This document shows, piece after piece, positions 36,067-48,548 of a stretch of 64,000 nucleotides of DNA (positions are counted from its first letter, which is position 1; every line of letters begins with the position of its first letter). The notes under the pieces were generated by a model. The model was not told where the DNA came from. It searched no databases and saw only the letters and a program-made list of their open reading frames with translations. This DNA comes from Mobula hypostoma (lineage: Eukaryota): assembly GCF_963921235.1 (NCBI RefSeq), contig NC_086109.1, positions 16,742,001 through 16,806,000 of the forward strand. Direction: 5' to 3'. Position numbers and translations under genes: made by a program.

Positions 36067-37953
36067 ACCGTACGACCATAAGATATAGGAGCAGAAGTAG
36101 GCCATTAGGCCCATCGAGTCTGCTCCGCCATTCAATCATGAGCTGATCCAATTCCTCCAGTCATCCCCCTGCCTTCTCCCCATATCCTCTGCTGCCCTGA
36201 CTAATTAAGAACCTATCTATCTCTGCCTTAAGTACACCCAATTTCTTGGCCTCCACAGCCACTTGTGGCAACAAATTCCATATAATTCCACCCTCTGACT
36301 AAAGTAATTTCTCCGCATCTCTATTCTAAATGAATGTCCTTCAATCCTGAAGTCGTGCCCTCTTGTCCTAGACTCCTCTACCATGGGAAATAACTTTGCC
36401 ACATCTAATCTGTTCAGGCCTTTTAACATTTGGAATGTTTCTATGAGATCCCCCTCATTCTCCTGAACTCTGAGGAATACAGCCCAAGAGCTGCCAGACA
36501 TTCCTCATAGAGTAACCCTTTCATTAACCATAGAAACCATAGAAAAACTACAGCACAGAAACAGGCCTTTTGGCCCTTCTTGGCTGTGCCAAACCATTTT
36601 CTGCCTAGTCCCACTGACCTGCACGCAGACCATATCCCTCCATACACCTCCCATCCATGTATCTGTCCAATTTATTCTTAAATGTTAAAAAAGAACCTGC
36701 ATTTACCACCTCGTCTGCAGCTCACTCCCACCACTCTCTGTGTGAAGAAGCCCCCCATTAATGTTCCCTTTAAACTTTTGCCCCCTCACCTTTAACCCAT
36801 GTCCTCTGTTTTTTTTCTCCCCTTGCCTCAGTGGAAAAAGCCTGCTTGCATTCACTCTATCTATACCCATCATAATTTTATTTACCTCTACCAAATCTCT
36901 CCTCATTCTTCTACGCTCCAGAGAATAAAGTCCTAACCTATTCAACCTTTCTCTGTAACTGAGTTTCTCAAGTCCCAGCAACATCTCTGCACTCTTTCAA
37001 CCTTATTAATATCCTTCCTGTAATTTGGTGACCAAAATCCAGATTCGGCCTCACCAATGCCTTATACAACCTCATCATAACATTCCAGCTCTTATACTCA
37101 ATACTTTGATTAATAAAGGCCAATGTACCAAAAGCTCTCTTTATGACCCTATCTACCTGTGACACCACTTTTAGGGAATTTTGTATCTGTATTCCCAGAT
37201 CCGTCTGTTCTACTGCACTCCTCAGTGCCTTACCATTTACCCTGTATGTTCTACCTTGGTTTGTCCTTCCAAATTCCTGGAATCATTCTCGTGAATCTTC
37301 TCTGAACCCTCTCCAATGTCAGTATATCCTTTCTAAAATAAGGAGCCCAAAACTACACACAATACTCCAAGTGTGGTCTCACGAGTGCCTTATAGAGCCT
37401 CAACATTACATTCCTGCTCTTATATTCTATACCTCCAGAAATGAATGCCAACATTGCATTCACCTTCTTCACCACCAATTCAACCTGGAGGTTAACCTTT
37501 AGGGTATCCTGCATAAGGACACCCAAGTCCCTATGCATCTCTGCATTTTGAATTTTCTCCCCATCTAAATAATAGTCTGCCCATTTACTTCTTCCACCAA
37601 AGTGCATGACCATATACTTTCCAACATTGTATTTCATTTGCCACTTCTTTGCCCATTCCCCTAAACTATTTAAGTCTCTCTGCAGGCTCTCTTTTCCTCA
37701 ACACTACCCGCTCCTCCACCTATCTTTGTATCATCGGCAAATTTAGCCACAAATCTATTAATACCGTAGTCCAAATCACTGACATACATCGTAAAAAGCA
37801 AAGATCCCAACACCGACCCCTGTGGAGCTCCACTGGTAACTGGCAGCCAGCCAGAATAGGATCCCTGTATTCCCACTTACTGTTTTCTGCCGATCAGCCA
37901 ATGCACCACCGATGCTAGTAACTGCCCTTTAATACCATGGGCTCTTAACTTGG
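36067..37953 (-). mobile_element. 5'-truncated CR1 LINE, itself interrupted
   Basis: GAPQGSVLG, KFADD, LVRPHLEY in ORFs 37670..37876 and 37353..37637; C-terminus in 36217..36501. Confidence 0.9.
36527..37272 (-). mobile_element. Second CR1 nested in the first
   Basis: Own (tttctatgg)n tail at 36527-36545; the host rejoins as ..tttcatt|cctggaatc.. Confidence 0.88.
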
Positions 37954-39291
37954 AGAGACACTGCCCAGAAGTAGGCAATGGCAAACCACTTCTGTGAAAA
38001 AATCTGCCAAGAATAATCATGGTCATGGACACAGAGAGGAAGACCATGACTGCCCTCACCATACGACAGGGTACATGATGATGATGATAGTTAGGAGACA
38101 AAGAAGATTCTGCAGATGCTGGAAATCATGAGCAAAACATAAAGTTGCTGGAGGAACTCAGCAGGGCAGGCAGCATTTCTGGAGGGAAATAACCATCGAT
38201 GTTTTGAGCCAAGACCCTTCATCTGGATTTTTTGTTTGTGCGTTGGCTAGTGGTTAGATTGGACTTGGTGGGATGAAGGGACAGTTTCTATGCTATACTG
38301 TATCTCTATGATTCTTAATGAAGGAGACAGAGTGAGCAAAAATAATCATTGTTGGTATGGCAACAAGTTGCACTTGTACAGTGTAACTAACAGAATCAAG
38401 CTCCACTATGCAGTCTAATCCAGACTGATATGATCTATTCCACTTTCCTGTCTGAACCCCGGCACTCATGATTCCCCTGCAGTCCAGCGATCTCTCTTTC
38501 CCATTATAAACACATTCAGCGGTTCGGTCTTTGCAAATCCCTGAGGTAGAGTACTCCTCTGTAAGAAAAAAATCCTCTCATCTGCTCCTTAATAGATGAC
38601 CCCTCATTCCAAGACCAAGACCTCTTGTTGCAGACTCCTCCAAATGGTGAAATAACTCTTCAACATCTCTCTTTTAAGGCAATCTCAGAACTATTAATGT
38701 TTCTAAGCTCAAGAGAATATCGGCCTACTCTGTGTAATCTGTTATCATAAATGAACTCCCTTAGCCCCAAGACCAATCTAATGAACTTTCACAGTGCTGC
38801 ATCACAGGCTGGTGTGCCTTTCCTTTAATAAGAAAGCCAAATGCACATGGTACACAGTTATAAATAGTACAAAACCTGTACTGAAAGGCATTTCATAAAA
38901 ACGTCATCTCACAAAATCTGACATTCAGCTACTATACCATAAGTGATCAATAATTTTAAGAGGCATCCCAGAGGAAGAAAAGTGCGGTTTAGGCAAAGAA
39001 TTCTGGACTTCAGGCCCTAATTCATGACGAAAGGGGAATTTCGCTGAGATTAAATAGTGGTTATTATCACAGGTTGTAGCTGATACATACTGTTGAAGAT
39101 GTTGAAGGTGAGCTTTGTCGTTTCCAGCCTGGGAGTGTTCGATATTATGAATGCTCTGATAAAGTTAAATGACTTGATTACTACTTTATACCTTCTGCAG
39201 ATTATCTTATACAGTAACATCACATTTTTTATTATTTATTTTTCCCTGACTGATGTATAATTGAAGGACTTGTTCTTCACTTGCCATTATA

Positions 39292-40700
39292 CACTCAGGG
39301 GCCACTTACTGTATACACATGTACACATGCTCGTTATTGCAAATATCTAATCAGCCCATCCTGTGGCATCAACTGAATGCATAAAAGCATGCAGACACGG
39401 TCAAGAAGTTCAGGAGTTGTTCAGACCAAACATCAGAATGGGGAAGAAACATGATCTAAGTGACTTCGACCATGGAATGATTGTTGGTGCCAGATGGAGT
39501 TGCTTAATATCTCAGAAGCTGCTGATCTCCTGGAATTTTCACATACAACAGCCTTTAGGGTTTACAGAGAATGGTGTGATAAGCAAAACAAAAAATCCAG
39601 AGAGCAGCAGTTCTGTGGGTGAGCACACATTGTTACTGAGAGTGGTCAGAGGAGAATGGCCAGAATGGTTCAAGCTGACAAGAAGGCAACAGTAACTCAA
39701 ATAAGATTCAAGATTCAAAAACCTTTATTGTCATTCTAACCATACATCAGCTCTGCAGGGCAGAATGAGACAGCGTTTCCCAGGAGCAGTGCAATCATAA
39801 CATAACAAACGCGACGCTAAATAATAAACATAACAATAAATAGTAAAACACAACAGCCACATGTCAGTTACAATCAAGTTATAAGTGTCCAGTGCAAGTT
39901 AAAAGTGTCCAAAAGCAGAGTCAAGTAGAGCAGCTACTTAGCAGTCTAACTGCCTGTGGGAGGAAGCAGTTTAGTAGCCTTGTGGTTTTAGTTTTGATGC
40001 TCCTGTAACGTTTGCCTGATGGCAGAGGAATAAACAGTTTATGGAGAGGGTGTGAGGGGTCTTTAATGATGTACCGGGTCTTCTGGAGGCATCGACTCTG
40101 AAAGAGGTCTTAGACAGAAGGTAGGGAGACCCCAATAAACTTCTCTGCTCCCCTAACCACCCTCTGCAAGGCTTTTTTGTCGACAGCACTGCAGCTGGAG
40201 TACCAGGTTGTGATGCAAAAGGTCAGCACACTCTCAACCACACCTCTGTAGAATGTAGTTAAGACGTTAGTGGGGAGTGATGCTTGTTTACGCTTCCTCT
40301 GAAAGTGTAATCTCTGCTGGGCCCGTTTCACAATCCCAGTGGTGTTCCTGAACCAGGTGAGATTGTCCGAGATCTGCACCCCAAGGAACTTGATGTTTTC
40401 CACTCTCTCCACTGTGGAGCCGCTGATGCTGAGGAGTGTGTGCTCAGGCTGAGACCGTCTGAAATCGATGATCATCTCCTTGGTTTTGGTGACATTAAGC
40501 ATCAAGTTGTTATCACTGCACCAGCTCTCTAGGTGTTTGACCTCCTCCCTGTACATTGTTTCATCATAAGAACACGTTACAACAGCGGTGTGTATAAGAG
40601 CATCTGACAGCACAACACGTCGATCTTTGACGTGGATGAGCCACAGCATCAGAAGACCATGAACATACACTCAGTGGCCACTTTATTCGGTAAAGGAGGT
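39292..40700 (+). mobile_element. Tc1-like deletion derivative, copy 2, split by a LINE
   Basis: MGKKHDLSDFDHGMIVGAR transposase start in ORF 39363..39695; resumes at about 40571. Confidence 0.85.
39705..40570 (-). mobile_element. Rex/Babar-type LINE 3' fragment
   Basis: WCSDNNLMLNVTKTKEMIIDFRR, KFLGVQISDNLTW, FYRGVVESVLTFCITTWY; (tgaatct)n tail. Confidence 0.88.
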
Positions 40701-41331
40701 AGCAATTGTATGTAGGAGAGAATAAGTGTGAATGTTAGTTTTAGCAGAGAGATCTCCAATCATCTAGAGCTTTTCCCCAAACCTCAATGACTAGAAGACT
40801 GGAAATTTGCCTTCTATTGATGGCAACATATCTCCCACCTTGGCAACATGCCTTCCCTTATTGGCAATGTGCCTTGAAGTGGCACTGGTTGCTATTGAAG
40901 TGTAACATAGAGAAGGCACAATACTTAGAGATGAGATACAACAAAACCCATTTCCACCTCATCTCCAGGTGAAACATTGTGCACTGCCTCACCTCACTGC
41001 CTGATTTAGAGCTCATAAAGCTCTTTCACAAATGGGAGTATTCAATTAAAATGACAAACGCCCAGAGGCATGAAACTATTAAATGCTGAGATGTGAAGTG
41101 TGCCCATAAACTACCTCTCTGCCAAGCAACACATCTCCAAGGTAGTTGATAACAATGCTCAATTTTTGAGTGGGTGTTTATTGAATAATTTTATAATGTT
41201 CTCTAGGATCTGAGTGCATCAATCATTACATCATAATCTATAAGAATTTAATGTGGTAAAGCATGTACGTATAATATGCAGCATGGCACAGACTATTAGA
41301 CCCAAGATCTTTGTTCTGGTAGTAATGTCTT

Positions 41332-41780
41332 TGGGTGATGGAGTTACATCTGCACCAAAGGAGGTGTAAGGCACTCCTTCCCTCCACTATCATTGTGCCC
41401 GATGCCAGCCCCCTAGGCCTGAGTCGATGTAGTAGTAGTAGTCTCTCCACCACCCTACAGATCACCCTCTCGGCAAAGTGTAACACCTGTTTGCTCCCCT
41501 CCCCCCCCCCCGGATCAGGGTCATGTGAAGTCATGAGAGCAGGTGGTGGATGGTCATATGAGCAGCTACTGCATATCACATGTCCTGGTTATGCGACCAC
41601 TGACACCAGGCAGACAATTCTGAAGGGTATTGATGATGTCTAGGGTCACCTGTCTTGTAAGGGCACTGCCCAGAAGAATGCAATGGCAAACCACTTCTGT
41701 GGAAAAAAATTGTCAAAAACAATCATAGTTAAGACCAAGATCACCTGTGTCTTACAACCCAGCACATAATGAATGAATGA
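41332..41780 (+). mobile_element. RTE-dependent non-autonomous element, intact copy
   Basis: Bov-A-like gcaatggcaaaccact block, (atga)n tail, flanking agtaatg at 41321-41327 / 41781-41787. Confidence 0.8.
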
Positions 41781-42676
41781 AGTAATGGTCCATGTACATC
41801 TCCTGCACCCCTTCATCTCAGCCTCCAGCTAACGCTGTTCCTTGATCCCTCAGGGGGTTTGTCCAGATTGTATTTAAAAGCAGTTCTGTTATTAGGTGCA
41901 ACTCCTGAGACTGTGCCTTTCATTTTCTGACAGGACCCACAGGAATCTCACTAGCAGGTTCAGAAATAATTATTACCCCACAACCATCAGACTTCTGAAC
42001 AAGCATGGATAACTACAATCACCTCAACTCTAAACTAATTCCACAACCCATGGATCACTTTCAAGGACTTTTTGTCTCATATTCTCAATATTTATTGCTT
42101 ATTTATTATTATTATTTTTTTTTATTATTATTTTTGTCTTTGCACGGTTTGTTGTCTTTTGCACATTGGTTGCTTGACCGTCCTGTTGGTTACGGTTTTT
42201 AATTGACTCTATTGTGTTTCTTGCATTTACTGTGAATTCCTGCAAGAAAATGAGCCTCAGGATTGTATATGGTGACATATATGTACTTTGATAGGTCTTT
42301 GGTATCTTCGACTCAATGGGGAAGGGGGGAGAAAAGAAGAGTATCCAAGGAGTATGAGTGGGGTATTTGATGTACGTTTAGGGTTCGTGAGTTGAAGGCA
42401 ATGCTATGCTGGCGCTGGAAGTGTGGGGACACTTGCAGGCTGCCCCTCACAATCCTCGCTGATTTAATTGATACAATGATGCATTTCACTGCATTCGCAG
42501 CAGAACATAAACTGGGGCGACACAGAGATGAATAATGACTTCATTCACTTGTGTTTCCCTCTACCAAGAGTTCACCAAAGATGATGCATGGAACAAATTA
42601 GATCAGTTGAAAACCTAAAGAGATTTAGGGACAACAAGGAATAGAATGCCAGCAAGGAATGAGCAGGCAGAAAGCT

Positions 42677-43745
42677 GGTCATATTCTGCATGGAAGCCAC
42701 TGACCAGTGGATGGGTGATATTCTGCATGGGGGCCAGTGACCAGTGGATGGGTGATATTCTGCATGGGGGCCAGTGACCAGTGGATGGGTGATATTCTGC
42801 ATGGGGGCCAGTGACCAGTGGATGGGTGATATTCTGCATGGGGGCCAGTGACCAGTGGATGGGTGATATTCTGCATGGGGGCCAGTGACCAGTGGATGGG
42901 TGATATTCTGCATGGGGGCCAGTGACCAGTGGATGGGTGATATTCTGCGTGGAGGCCAGTGACCAGTGGATGGGTGATATTCTGCGTGGGGGCCAGTGAC
43001 CAGTGGATGGGTGATATTCTGCGTGGGGGCCAGTGACCAGTGGATGGGTGATATTCTGCGTGGGGGCCAGTGACCAGTGGATGGGTGATATTCTGCGTGG
43101 GGGCCAGTGACCAGTGGATGGGTGATATTCTGCATGGGGGCCAGTGACCAGTGGATGGGTGATATTCTGCATGGGGGCCAGTGACCAGTGGATGGGTGAT
43201 ATTCTGCATGGGGGCCAGTGACCAGTGGATGGGTGATATTCTGCATGGGGGCCAGTGACCAGTGGATGGGTGATATTCTGCATGGGGGCCAGTGACCAGT
43301 GGATGGGTGATATTCTGCATGGAGGCCAGTGACCAGTGGATGGGTGATATTCTGCATGGGGGCCAGTGACCAGTGGATGGGTGATATTCTGCATGGGGGC
43401 CAGTGACCAGTGGATGGGTGATATTCTGCATGGGGGCCAGTGACCAGTGGATGGGTGATATTCTGCATGGGGGCCAGTGACCAGTGGATGGGTGATATTC
43501 TGCATGGGGGCCAGTGACCAGTGGATGGGTGATATTCTGCATGGGGGCCAGTGACCAGTGGATGGGTGATATTCTGCATGGGGGCCAGTGACCAGTGGAT
43601 GGGTGATATTCTGCATGGGGGCCAGTGACCAGTGGATGGGTGATATTCTGCATGGAGGCCAGTGACCAGTGGATGGGTGATATTCTGCATGGAGGCCAGT
43701 GACCAGTGGATGGGTGATATTCTGCATGGGGGCCAGTGACCAGTG
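42677..43745 (+). repeat. Minisatellite: 28 full units of 37 bp plus a 33-bp partial first unit
   Basis: Unit gatgggtgatattctgcatgggggccagtgaccagtg; 42710-43745 = 1036 bp = 28 x 37. Confidence 0.97.
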
Positions 43746-44683
43746 GTGTGCCTCAGGAAGCTGGGACCCCTGCTCTTCGTGATTTTTATAAGTGACCTGG
43801 ATGAGGAAGTGGAGGGATGGGTTAGTAAATTTGCTGATGACACAAAAGTTGGGTGTGTTGTGGATGGTGTGGAGGGCTGGGCTGAGAAGTAGCAGATGGA
43901 GTTCAACCCAGATAAGAGTGAGGTGGTTCATTTTGGTAGGTCAAATATGATGGCAGAATATAGTGTTAATGGCAAGACTTTTAGCAGTGTGGAGGATCAG
44001 AGGGATCTTGAGGTCCGAGTCCACAGGACACTCAAAGCTGCTGCACAGGTTGACTCTGTGGTTAAGAAAGCATACGGTGCATTGGCCTTCATCAATCATG
44101 GGATTGAGTTTAGGAGCCGAGAGGTAATGTTGCAGCTATATAGGACCCTGGTCAGACCCCACTTGGAGTACTGTACTCAGTTCTGGTCGCCTCACTACAG
44201 GAAGGATGTGGAAACCATAGAAAGGGTGCAGAGGAGATTTACAAGGATGTTGCCTGGATTGGGGAGCATGCCTTATGAGAATAGGTTGAGTGAACTCGGC
44301 CTTTTCTCCTTGGAGCGACGGAGGATGAGAGGTGGCCTGACAGAGGTGTGTAAGATGATGAGAGGTATTGATCATGTGGATAGTCAGAGGCTTTTTCCCA
44401 GGGCTGAAGCGGCTAGCACAAAAGGGCACAGTTTTAAGATGCTTGGAAGTAGGTACAGAGGAGATGTCAGGGGTAAGTTTTTTTACCCAGAGAGTGGTGA
44501 GTGTGTGGAATGGGCTGCCGGCGATGGTGGTGAAGGCGGATACAATAGGGTCTTTTAAGAGACTCAATACATGGAGCTTAGAAAAATAGACGGTTATGGA
44601 TAACCCTAGGTAATTTCTAAGGTAAGTACATGTTTGGCACAGCTCTGAGAGCCGAAGAGCCCGTATTGTGCTGTAGGTTTTCA
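43746..44683 (+). mobile_element. 5'-truncated CR1 LINE continuous with the array
   Basis: VPQ.., KFADD, ORF 43896..44558 (LVRPHLEY); 3' UTR as in 6148-6864. Confidence 0.92.
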
Positions 44684-46464
44684 GCAATCATCTAGAAGTC
44701 TGCAGAGCTGTATGCATTTTGGACACTAGATCTTTAAAAAAAGTTTTAGCATTTGAAGTAAGGAATTGCAGAGGAAATTCTGATGTTCTCAAAGATTAGA
44801 AAGATTGCATAAATCAAGCTTGTATTCCTTGCACTATAGAAGATTAATTATTATTCAGTTGAGGTGTTTAGGACCTAGAGAGGAATTAATAAGGTTACCA
44901 AATAGAAGTAGCTTCCTTTGCAACACACACAAAATCCTGGAGGAACTCAGTAGGTCCATGCTAATAGTTTCCTTTAGCATGGGAGTCCAGTTTCAGAATG
45001 CTACTTAGAGAAGAGGAGTGAAAACATTCCTCTATCTGATGCATTGTCAAAGTGTAAACTCCGTCCCATAAAAACAGTGCAAGCAAGCTCAGTTAATCAT
45101 GTTATATTGGAGAGCAATGTCAAAGAGATGGCGCATTGGACAGTGCCGGATTACAGACCATGAACACTGTTCGATATGATGGTAAATCTTGACCACGAAT
45201 TCTGTAATTGGCAGGTGATGTAGGAGTTCACTACTATGGCACTGTATCAGTGCCAGAAACCCAGGTTCAATCTGAACCTTGAGTAACGTCTGCATGAAGT
45301 TTGTGTGTGACTTCAAGTGATTTCCCAGTCTCCTCACACATTCCAAGGACTCGACATCCAAGGAGATGACAATCATGCCCCTCTCTGGCTTTCCTGGGGG
45401 CTTCTTTAAAGAAGGGTCCATCCTTCTCATCAACCCTAATTCCTATTGGAGAAGAACTTCAGGAAATAGGGCAGCCAGGTGTGATGCAGTGACTAGTCCC
45501 ACATGGCTCAGAATTTCACATCGTGTGACCACCCTGGCCAGCGGTCACGAAGCAGGCAGCCAAGTTTGTCGATACATTAGTGTCTCCATATGGAACTATA
45601 AGAACCGAGAGTGATCTACCCAGTTTCCTAGCACAACCAGGGATAACAGCCAGTCCATATTCTGCTAACCATCCATCCCACTGTGAGGGCCACAATCAGG
45701 GAGGGGGAAACAGCTTAATTTGGATGTTGTTAATACTGACATGCTGACTGTGGAATGTTAGCTGTTCTATTCTCAAGCTTTGAAATGAAACTGAGGATCT
45801 GGAGAGTTCCAACAAATTGCAAAATAAGCACTTAATTTTTAACAGGCCTCCTGGCCCAACGAGATGCACTGCCCGGCAGCTCACCTGTTTAACCCTCGGC
45901 TCATCACAGGGCAGTTTACACTGACCAATTAACTAGCCTGTCTTTGGAGTGTGGGAGGAAAGCAGAGCTGCTGGAGGAAACCTGTGTGCTCACAGGAAGG
46001 ACATACAAACTTCTCACAGAGGACGGCAGAACAGAACTCGGAACTCTGACGCCCTGAGCTGTAGGTAGCACCGCGCTAGCTTCTCCCCCTACCGTGGCAC
46101 CCCGGGCCTGCAGCAGTTGGCTGGAATGAGAAAGCGATAATGGGAGCCACTAAAATCCAGGCTCAGTTAGTGAAGGTTTTCACTTGAACAGCTGCTTGCT
46201 GTAAAAGATGCTTTGGGCGGGGTCTCCGGGGACCTGAGGAGTTTGGAACATCCACACACTACTTAAGGCTTTGTCCAGACAGCGGCAACTGAAGTGAACA
46301 TTCCATAGGTTTTCACTCATAGTTTTAAAATTATTTTACAACTTAGAACAGTACCTCGCCAGCCCTTTGACCCATTCTGTCTTTGGTGTTCATGGTACGA
46401 ATTTAAACTAATCCCAACTGCCAGCACCCCTTCATTCCCTGCCTGTCTAAATATGTTTGAAATC

Positions 46465-47268
46465 ACAAGAACACAAGACAAAGGAGCAGAAGTAGGCCAT
46501 TCGGCCCATCGAGTCTGCTCCGCCACTCCACCATGAGCTAAACTATTCTCCCATCTAGTTCCAATTTCTGGCTTTTTCCCCATATCCCTTGATACCCTGA
46601 CTGATTAGATACCTATCATTAAGGCATCCGTTAGTCCTCCAAGACCATGGATCTGCGCCTGGAAAGTCTTCACTCTCCAGGGCGCAGGCCTGGGCAAGGT
46701 TGTATGGAAGACCAGCACTTGCCCATGCTGCAAGTCTCCCCTCTCCACAACACCGATGTTGTCCAAGGGAAGGGCATTAGGACCCATACAGTTTGGCACC
46801 AGTGTCGTCGCAGAGCAATGTGTGATTAAGTGCATTGCTCGAGGACACGACATGCTGCCTTGGCTGGGGCTCAAACTCACGACCTTCAGATTGCTATTCG
46901 AATGCCTTAACCACTTGGCCACGTGCCCACAGATACCTATCAATCTCCTCCTTAAACACCCTCAATGATCAGGCCTCCACAGCTGTATGTGGCAATGAAT
47001 TCCATAAATCCACGACCCTCTGGCTAAAAAAATTTCTCCTCATCTCTGTTCTAAATGGGTACCGTCTAATTCTAAGACTGTGGGCTCTTGTCCTGGACTC
47101 ACCCACCAAGGGAAACAGCCTTTCCACATCTACTCTGTCCAACCCTTCCAACATTCGAAATGTTTCTATGAGATCCCCTCTCATTCTTCTATACTCTAAT
47201 GAATACAATCCAAGAGCCGACAAATGCTCTTCATATGTTAGCCCCTGCATTCCAGGAATCATCCTCGT
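46465..47268 (-). mobile_element. CR1 3' fragment split by a SINE
   Basis: ORF 46969..47310 (LYSLEYRRMRGDLIE, FFSQRVVDLWNSLP). Confidence 0.88.
46619..46930 (-). mobile_element. tRNA-headed SINE with RTE-like tail, 12-bp TSD
   Basis: Same family as 14042-14317; TSD agatacctatca 46607-46618 / 46931-46942. Confidence 0.92.
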
Positions 47269-47817
47269 AAGCGCTGCTGTGGTATCTGCTGCCACCACCT
47301 CCCCTAGCATTACGTCCCAGGCACCCAGAACTCCTCTTTAAGCTCTCCCTCTCCTTGACATAGTTAAGTTGGACGGTAACGATCTTTACCCCAGTATAGG
47401 GGAGCCCGGAACTAGGGGGCATAGATTTAGGGTGAGAGGGGAAAGATCTAACAGGGCCCTGAGGGGCAATTTTTTCATGCAGAAAGTGGTAAGCATATGG
47501 ACTAAACTGCCAGAGGAAGTTTAGTCCAGGTCGAGGCAGGCACAAAGTATCATTTAATTTTTATTTGTTTGGAGGTAGGCATGGTGACAGAACCTTCTGT
47601 CCAGACGAGCCTGTGCCTCCCACTGTGGCCAATTAACCTACAGACCTGGACGTCTTTTGTAATGCGGGTGGAAACTGGAACGGCTGGAGGGAGCCCCGCG
47701 GCCACGGGGAGAAAGTACGAACTCCGTACCGACAGCAGCAGAACTGAACCTGGGTATCTGGCACACTAACTACTACGCTGCAGCATCACCCATTTATGTG
47801 CTTCAAGAGTTTGTCCC

Positions 47818-48548
47818 TGTTGTAAAAAAATACTACTTCTACTTATAACGATGCTTAGTGAGACACAGAGAGATCTGTACTTACTGACAAGTACCTTTAT
47901 TGCTCAAACTAACAAGTACGTGAATTCATACACTGAACACCTTGTTGTGAGCACCCGCTAAGTATCCCTGACTCTCCTGAATAGTCAAAGAATAGCAAAG
48001 GTATTACCCGGGCAAAGGAGTTTACTCTGGCCAGGCGTTCATCATTGTCTCGATTCACTCGCCACGTGTTTCACGCGGGGTTGCTTACGCTTGTACCTGC
48101 AATGGTTATTCTTCGAAGTTTCCGCTACCAGCGCACACAAAGCATCCACTTTTATATCCATTCCTTATCAATTCAAATATCGCATTCCAGTGTCATTGGC
48201 CACAGGCCATGTGTCTGTCCTTTAGCACCTTGTTGTTGGCTCTGCTCCAAGCCAGCATCAATTTATTGTCCCCTTCGCATCAAGTGACAGTCGATAATTT
48301 ATGGCTGTTTGCTCTCAATCAGCAATGAGCTCGAATCACTTTAGGCAGGCATCAACCCCAACATTCACAAACCTGCATGTTATCGCCAACCAAAGAACAT
48401 CTCACAAATAACTTCTTATTTGGAAATGATCTCCAGTCCAGCAGATTACCTGAAGAATCATTGTGTCTTCTTTAAAACATTGATCAAGCCCAGCATGTCA
48501 AGCTCACAAAATGGAGAATGGAGTGTCTTCACAAAATGGCAGCCTCCA
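47818..48548 (-). mobile_element. Solo LTR (731 bp), ERV1- or Gypsy-like
   Basis: TG...CA ends, 4-bp TSD tccc (47814-47817 / 48549-48552); on minus CCAAT 48195-48199, TATAAAAG 48149-48156, AATAAA 47896-47901 in U3-R-U5 order. Confidence 0.8.

Larger units (their letters stand above)
35833..38087 (+). mobile_element. RTE-dependent non-autonomous element split by nested CR1 copies
   Basis: 35833-36066 plus 37954-38087 rebuild the element seen intact at 41332-41780; TSD tagttagga 35824-35832 / 38088-38096; (tga)n tail. Confidence 0.88.

Noticed and set aside
42677..43745. CRISPR array (37-bp repeats)
   Set aside because: Units are head to tail with no spacers, there are no cas genes, and the unit derives from CR1 RT sequence
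42572..43931. Three overlapping 324-444 aa ORFs
   Set aside because: Artefact of a stop-free 37-bp unit on the minus strand cycling through all three frames
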